Assembly (NCBI GenBank): GCA_951406725.2
Contig: OX597814.1
Coordinates: 61,876,001 to 61,940,000, forward strand
Length of the DNA: 64,000 nucleotides
Reading direction: 5' to 3'
DNA from: Octopus vulgaris
Taxonomy: Eukaryota
The notes beneath the pieces were generated by a model that saw nothing but the letters and a program-made list of their open reading frames with translations, ran no database searches and had not been told where the DNA came from. Shown here in pieces: positions 56,047-64,000 of the stretch. How positions within the stretch are numbered: the first letter of the stretch is position 1; each line of letters opens with the position of its first letter. The position numbers and the translations under genes were made by a program.

Positions 56047-57884
56047 ACAAGGTCTACGCTGTTTGCAAATAAACCAAACTAATTTCTCGTTGATATTCTT
56101 TTTTGTTTATGCTTATTGTTGCTGTTTTTTTCTAACACGTCATTACACATTTTATCAATTAATTCAAGAATTTTTTCAGGTTTCCTTCATCACTGCTGAT
56201 TTTACGGAATTGTCATTAATATATTCCTTGAAATTTTTCTGGTTACAAAAAAAATTACATAATTTAAGAAAAATCTCCTACACACTCACACACTGAGTTT
56301 CAACGTAACACATTCAACCTGCTAGAAATGTCAGCCAAATCTCCCCCCAAATGAAGTCTTGTGTATAATGAGTTGGATAACTCTACATACACAATGATTG
56401 AAGAAAAAATGAGACTGTCACGTTTGGAACGTCTGATCTGCACAAAGGAGTTACCTGGTGCTACGACGCGATCCAACGGGGGAGCCCCTAAACAGGTGTG
56501 GGATTTACTAGAAATAGTAACTACTCCTCCTTCAAATCACACACCATATCTTGGAAAAGAACAAGGACAGTTTTTTGGGGGGGCGGGGTGCTTAACTTTG
56601 TATATCTGGGAGATTACATTATCGAAAAATATGCAATACCTGCTAAAAGATGGGATTGTCATGGTTACTAGGGCTAAACAACATCAAACAAGCAAACACA
56701 CACGGCAAATACGTGAATATTGTACGTACATGTGGAGTGTATGTGCTTGTAGTATGAATGTAATGAATACGTAAAGTGTGTGACAAAGAGAGAGAGACAA
56801 GCAGGAAGGACAAAGACAGACAGGCAGGCAGAAAATGTATGTGAGAGTGAGAGAGAGAATGTGAAGAGGGAGAGAAAGAGAGAGAGAGAGAGACAAAGAA
56901 AGCCCTGCAAAATGAATGAAGTATGTAAAATGGAAATTTCTCAAACTGATGTCGCTTCAGCATCTTTATTTACATTTTTGTGTTTGTTTTTTTATTTTAT
57001 TTTTTACGCGACGAAGTTGAAAATGTTTGCTGTGCAAGAAAGACAGAGGCGTTGTAAGTAGTATAGTCGTGAGTCAGCCTTGATCTAACAGATTCATAAT
57101 CAAAGGCTCTCCAGACATGACCATCCTGTCTTTTATTTAAGATACTACGATTATAATATCTAGTGTTATTTCCCCTACTTTTTTTTAAAGTGGACAAGGT
57201 GTGATTTTGAGGCAGACTTAACTACGATTTCTAGCTGGTCAAGCGACCACATAAAGGCTCTTTTGTTGGCTGGGGGTCGGTGGATTGGCAAAGTCACTAA
57301 AGCGTTGGATAAAATACCTGGTGGTTCTTTTGAGTCTTTATGTTGAGTTCTAATCCCGCGGAGGTCAAATTTGCCTTTCGTCCTTTCAAGGTCCATAAAA
57401 TATAATAGCAGTCTAATACGGTTGGCGGGAGGAAGGGCTCAATGTAATCGACGAACCCTCCTCTCCACGTAACTACTGGTTCTATACCTAAATCAGGAAC
57501 TGTCAGCACTATTATGGAAGTAGCCTGGTTCCAGTTGAGGCTTGAACCTGCAGGCCTATGATCAAAGGTGTTCCAGCCATAACAGCCCTGTCTTTTTGTA
57601 GAGTTTGGACCACATAGTCAAGTGTCATTCTCGTCATCATCATAACGTCTAATTTTCCATGCTTGGATGTTCACACGGAATTTGTTGAGGTGGATTTTCT
57701 CTGGCTAGATGCTCTTCCTGTCACAAACCCTCGCCTGTTTCCAAGTAAGACGATATTTCCCCCATGGCTAGACATGTTTTTGCAGAAGATTGGAATTGAT
57801 GAACACTGCTTTCATGATGGTGACACTCGCTTACAATTTTCACGCGATGTCATGCTAAGGTGACAATAACATACACATATATTT

Positions 57885-59960
57885 TAATGGGACCCCATCA
57901 TCTCTTAGTTGCCAGATGTGACTGGACACCGATATTATGTATCTCCAATATTTATGGGATTAGCCTGTGTTTCCCATCCATAAAAGGTCCAACTTTATAG
58001 CGTATCATCAGACCCCCAAAGCCTATTGGCCTAAGACCTCATAAAAATATGGAAGGAGAAAAATCTCGCTATGAAGGTACACAATGGGGGATTATCTCCC
58101 TTTGTCAATGGCTATCGACTCCCAGCTATGCCACCATCTTGTGGTCTTCAAAGGCTACCAAGGTGAATGATAGGGGGTTATCTCCCTTTACCATTGGCTA
58201 TCAATTACCAATCATGCTGCCATCTTGCAAATTCCAAAACACTAGCCGGAATTTCCTAAAATGTAAACATAGCCCCAAAATCTTCATTCTGGAGTTAAGG
58301 ATGCTCATTGGTTCCAGCGAATCTTTTAGGATTCTCCTGCATTCAGCTATGCATAACTTGCAACACTTCGTCCTGTTGATGTAGGGCCTGGGTTTTCGAG
58401 TATTTTCCATGAGATCGAGTATGGGATCCAATCATCTCTTAGTTGCCAGATGTAACTGGACAACGATGTTACGTATCTCCTTTCTGGAACTCTGAAGGTG
58501 GACCTATGGCTGGAAAGGAGCTGCTTGAGAGAATTCCAGTAATCCAATATATTTCCGTGGGTATGTGTTGTCGGTGCTGCACCTGTTGCTGTTATTACTG
58601 CCAACGGTGTTGTTGTTGGAGCTGGGGATGGCTTCACTGGAGGTGGTGGTGACGGTAATGTTATCGCCCCTGCATGTGTTGTCAGTGCTGCACCTCGTTG
58701 CTGCTGCTGTCGCTGATATCATTGTTGGAGTTGGGGCCGCTGGTGTTGGCATTGCTGGAGGTGGTAGTGGCGTTGGTAATGCTATCACTACTGCAGGTTA
58801 TAACAGAATTGTTATTACAATTATTGCGATCTTTGCCAATGGTGGAGGAGCTGCCACTGCTGCTAGAGGAGTCATTGGCTGTGGTTATGCCAGTGCTTCT
58901 GCTAGGACTGCTGCTGTTGTCGTCTTCTTCTAATCAGGACTCACGCTATTAGCCACAAAGAATAATCTCTAATTCGAGCCTACTCTAAGCTACTAAGAAT
59001 GTGTGTGGCAACTTGAAGATCCACCCACCACATGCGATAGACTGGTGGTTGCACAGGCACGAAAACTACGTTGTTATCCTCATTCTGTAAATGGTGGCTT
59101 TTAACGGGTGGAGAGCTGAACCATCTTGGAGTAGAGGATTCGCAATCTTGACTAGGGTCTGAAAGTTTACCACACCATAGTGGGTTACACCATGGTTCCT
59201 CTGCTTTGTGGCAGAAGTAGGAAGAAAGAGTAAGAGAAAGTTGTGGTGAAAGTGTACAACAGGGTTCACCATCACCCCCTTCCCCCGCTGGAGCCTCGTG
59301 GAGCATAGGTGTTTTTGCTCAATAAACACAATGCCCAGTTTGGGAATCGAAACTGCGAGTCTGCTACCCCAACCACTGGGCCATTGCTCCTCCACTGTTG
59401 CTGTTGTTGCCATTATAGCTGGTGATGGCACTGGACTTGTTTCTGCTGCTATTATAGGAGCTGTCAGGGCAGCTATTGGTAAGGCTAGTGTTGATGGCAA
59501 TGCTGCTGACATTGTTAGTAATGCTGCTGTCCGGGGATGGGGGTTGGGTGGAAATTACTTAAAGTTTTGTTAGTGTTGTTATTGCTAACATTGTCCACTG
59601 CGGCGATGGTGGCAGTGTTGTTGGCTTTGTTCTCGTGTCTATGGTTGCTATTGCTTCTGCCGGTGGTAGTTGCAGGGTTTGCTAGTACTTCGATTTGATA
59701 GACCTTTGGTTTTGCAGCGGCCCCCTGCCGGGCAACTGTTGTGGTTCCTGCATGAACAGCCTACCTCATCCTGTGGCTTAGAGGAGCTAACTAGGATGCT
59801 CTTAATATTGGGGGCACAGCTAAATGAGACCCTAACATTGTGCCTGTTGAAAATGGGCCCATACCTATGGAAGCTAGTGAAACGCCTGTCAATTAATTTA
59901 AGGAATAGTCTACCTACAGGTGTTATTGTGTTAAGGAAGAAGTGGGGGAGGTAAACCAAA
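57885..59960 (-). mobile_element. Penelope-like (Naiad-like) element 3' region with GIY-YIG endonuclease
   Basis: VGRLFLKLID..IFNRHNVRVSFSC; CSCRNHNSCPAGGRC; VYQIEV ... KYIGL; SLSSYIWQLR..ISWKIL..CKLC..LNSR..CLH. 58420-58480 is duplicated at 57888-57945, pLTR-like. Confidence 0.8.
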
Positions 59961-61559
59961 ACATTTCTGCAGCACTTTCTTATATTTTACATACCTGTCA
60001 GGCAAAAGTAAAGAATATGCACACCTGGTGTTTAGGGCTAGGGGTTTTTGTTATACCCAAAATGGGTGGTGTGCATATTCTTTACCTCTGCCTACCTTCT
60101 GATAGAAGCAATTGGGTTAATCCCAACAAAATGCAAGTTTGGTCACCAGTTCAGCACCAATGTTTGTGTTCTTCATTCCAAAATAATAAAAACATAATAG
60201 GTGCAGGAGTGGCTGTGTGGTAAGAAGCTTACTTCCCAACCACATGGTTCCGGGTTCAGTCCTACTGTGTGGCACATCGGAAACGTTGGTTTTGGAGGGT
60301 GACTGTGTGCCAGGTCCACCAGATTGTTTACACGTAAAGTGAGAATAGAATTTGTAGTGTAAAAAAGTGTCTTTCCTTATGATGGAATTAGTCAATGATA
60401 TTGGATATGCCTATCTTCTGTATTAAAAATAATAAAACTTACACTTTCTGCCCAGTAATACGTCTACTTTTTTTTGCCAAGGTGAACACTTACATTTTTT
60501 ACTTTGGTATAATACATGAAAACATGCCATAAACAAACGGAATATCAGAGATAATTCCCATCAGCACCGTTAAATATATTGGTTTCAAATTTTGGCACAA
60601 GGCCAGCAATTTCGGGGGAGGGTTAAGTTGATTACAACTACCCCAGCACTCAACTGGTACTTATATTATCAACCCTGAAAGGGTGAAAGGCAAAGTTGAC
60701 TCTGGCGGAAGTTGAACTAAGAACTTAGAAATGAATGAAATGCTGCTAAGCATTTCACCCAGCCTGCTAACAACACTGTCACCTCAATGCCTTTGCACCT
60801 TTAAATACATTGTAACTATTATATGAATCAATGTGTGCATGTGCTGTACTTTACACACAAACACCAGCGAGTAATGCATGCTTTAGCACAAAATTAGTAA
60901 AATGTATTGTGTAGGACTGTTTACTGGAGTATGATTAATTTATACCATAGTTTCACATGGATTTCCTGATGGATGTAGATAATCTTCAATAATGAGGAGG
61001 ATCCACTCCTCATGAAGATCACTATGACTACCCAAGTGAAACTATATTTAGAGAATTGATCTTATAGTAGTTAGCAACACATGCACTTCAAACACTATGC
61101 TATAAAATTTTATAACACAAAGAATGACATTGAATCTGCTGAACAGTTTCCCCTTTATGGATTTTTCCTTGTCACTGAAAGTACATGTGGAATCATTCCT
61201 GCTCTTGGAATCTACAGTAGTTAAGGCAGAAAATACTGCTATTGGTCCCTGGAAGAAATCACTCATTAACAAGTTTATGAACATGAACACCTGCAAGACA
61301 ATAATCAGAATACAAAAGATGTCATTGTGGATCACACAGTGTATAAGCTTTTATGCAGAATTGCATAAAGAATTACCAAAAAAAGGATCCCCTACTAACT
61401 TCTCAGAATGCAGTAAGCAACCAATTCTCATACAAAACAGATATGTCAATAACACTCCTGCTAAAAAAAAAACCACCACAATTTGCCTCATCTGTAACTC
61501 TACACAGCCTGTATTCAAACTCTTTATCTTTTCCTCTCTACCATTAAGTCCACAGTCGC

Positions 61560-62600
61560 AGTATGTAAAAAACTTAACCCAGGAGCTTTATCACTTTCAA
61601 ATAGTATGAAGTGAAGTTATATCCTATCCTCACCAATCTCTTTAGACAGGAATATGCAGCAAACTTTGGAAACACACTACAATGTAACCTTTCTCAACTA
61701 CTGATTTATTGCTCTCTTCAAACATCTCACTTCTTATCTTTCCCCTCTCCCAGTATGGCATCTACAGAAATATACCTCCAAAGACTACCTCTCCTATGTC
61801 ACTCACCAACAGTTACTTGTCAATGAGAACCTCCACAAAAGCAATGCCACTTCATTTGACATCACCGAAGTCTTCCACTATTTCTGACATGAGACTAACA
61901 TCAAGTTTCTACTCATTTTTCATTAGGATATTATCTTTCAAACTGGATCGTTGCACCATGCATACGAGACCTTCTCCAATGGAGATGACTCCACCCTTTA
62001 TTCCTCTTTAATCTTCTCCAACACACAAAAGTTACCCATATGCAACCTGGACACCTCACACCAGGCATACAAACTGACCTCCAAGCCCCATAACTGAACA
62101 AATCCCTTATTTCCAAGAAATCTAACCCACTAATTACCATCCTATCTATTTTTCCTAAAGATATTGACCTATAAGTGTTCAAACTCAATATCAATTACAT
62201 TGATCATAAACACTGCTCTGTTTCCCACCTTAAAATAATAACTAAAACTTACCAATTACAATATTGACTAAGCACATCCTGTGGTTCCAACTGAGGGCGT
62301 AGGGCATAGAAACAGTATTGACTTAATCTCAGACAATAGAGTGCCGATAAAATATGGACCACCATTTCAGGTGATCATCTAATACGCTTGACATTCATAC
62401 AACCCAATGTGCTATGGTTAACTCATATACACAAACTATACCTTGTCATATTGATGATGCTAACCCTGACCACACTTATGTCTAAATAATTTGACAAGAG
62501 TCTTTTTTTTTTTCAACCATTCCAGGAGAGCTGCTTGCTGTTCAAGTAGTTATTACAGTATTTAATGATTGGCCTCAAAGGTTCATACTGCACTTTTGGA
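61560..62600 (+). mobile_element. Decayed CR1/L2/Jockey-group LINE RT fragment
   Basis: Weak motifs KLYPILTNLF and SFDITEVF..-H (LDISKAFD-like), C-rich LINE composition, many stops. Confidence 0.35.
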
Positions 62601-64000
62601 TATAATTTTCTTTATGAAAAACAAAAGTTAAAAAAAAAAAAAAATTCCCTTCCAACTTCTCTCAGCCATGTAACCTCTTCTATAGTAAGACACCTGTACT
62701 TGTCCTATCGTATTTTATCTTTCCATATCTGACACAAAACCATCTCCCTATCTCTCGAATACATTCCTATTCAGTTGAGGAGGGCTTTTTTTTCTTAATT
62801 TGGTTTTGTGGCCTCACTTGAGCCACAAAAAGTGCACCCAGTACACACTATAAAATGGTTTGCATTAGAAAGGGAAACTGCCCAAAGCTGACACTGCAGT
62901 CAGACGTAACAGTGGCTCATCAAACCCTGTCAAACTGTTCAACCCATGCCAGATTGAAAAAAAAAAGGGATATTAAATGATAAAGAGAAGTTGGAAGTGA
63001 TACAGTTTACAACGACCTTTGTTGTAAGCATTGTACAATTAGGTAACTATTTGATTAATAAACAGAATTAAATCCCATCATGACACAGATTTGAGATTTT
63101 TTGTGGAATTTAATAGAAGCTTAAAACTGTACATTATGGATACCTGTCCAAAGTTATGTACAATTTTGTTTTTTACGTTATTATAGTAGATTTGTTTTGT
63201 ATATTATATCAAAGCTTCTCTTTCCAATTTCATACACTTTCTCTAGCGAAATATCTGCTAGATTTCTCTACTATCTCCAAACACAAAGAAGACAGTCCCA
63301 TCACGGGCTGGTGCTTGGTTATAGTTTCAAGGTTTTAAATTAAGAGAAATTCCACACTCCACTCGGGATTTTGTGTAGGAGGAACAGCCTGTTGCAGATT
63401 AAGTAACAAGCATACTTGCATGCACAAGCAGCTCTTCTCTCAACAGCTAGGACCATAAAATTATGTACTTATGTTTATTACACCATGAAATGCCTGCAAT
63501 TATATTTTTCACAAATTTATTTAAAACCCCACATAAAAACAACTCTAATAACAAAACAACCCAGTAGCTTAACAAATGCCCAAAGTAGCTTCACTTAAAT
63601 GTTACATTATTTTGTTTTTTTATTTAAAGCATAAAATACAATTGTGGAATAGTTAAAACAAATAGCATTAAACAAACTTTTATTTTTTCACTTGTTCCTT
63701 TTTGTTGTTTTATATTTACCCATGCTAGTAAATGGGTACAATGGGTTTGCAAATTTATATATCATTTGGCATACTAGTGAAGCAAGTTATTAAGGTGGCA
63801 AACTGGCAGAATCATCTGAGCATCATTCAAAAAAAGATTTTAAGAAAGCTTTGCAGTATTGCTTCTGTCTTTGTGATCCAAATTTAAATACCACAGAAGT
63901 CAACTTTATTGCATCAACTTTTGGAAGGATAAAAAGTCAAGTACTTTGGTTTCTACATATCAACTTGCCTCCCACTTCTAAATTTCTAGCCTTGTACCTA

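Noticed and set aside
58504-59573. Ala/Thr/Val-rich ORFs suggesting a mucin or membrane-protein gene
   Set aside because: They lie between the GIY and YIG motifs of a Penelope-like element and have frameshifts and no splice support.
61048-61609. 161-aa plus-strand ORF, and a minus-strand frame with a good acceptor (cttgcag|gtg at ~61290)
   Set aside because: No recognisable motifs and no matching donor or partner exon could be established.

Overview
AT-rich, microsatellite- and transposon-dense eukaryotic DNA. The tRNA-derived SINE families look like those of Octopus, which is an inference. Nearly all ORFs in the supplied track are microsatellite artefacts. One real host gene can be assembled by eye on the + strand: a class B1 (secretin-family, calcitonin/CGRP/DH31-receptor-like) GPCR. 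Five in-phase exons (26394-26457, 29353-29438, 31620-31755, 43806-43847, 44114-44248) cover ECL2/TM5 to the C-tail. Two consecutive introns use GC-AG splicing, and the TM5 Asn, TM6 Thr and TM7 Tyr positions are substituted. The rest is mobile-element debris: RTE, R4/Dong-like and HERO-like RLE LINEs, Penelope/Naiad-like fragments with degenerate hammerhead ribozymes, a Gypsy pol plus LTR, a solo LTR, a Helitron helicase relic, pogo/mariner/hAT/foldback MITEs and many SINEs. The most notable oddities are a U6 snRNA fused to a SINE 3' tail, a SINE that has captured a LINE ORF1-like segment, and RLE retrotransposons stacked in (TAA)n and (CATA)n microsatellites.
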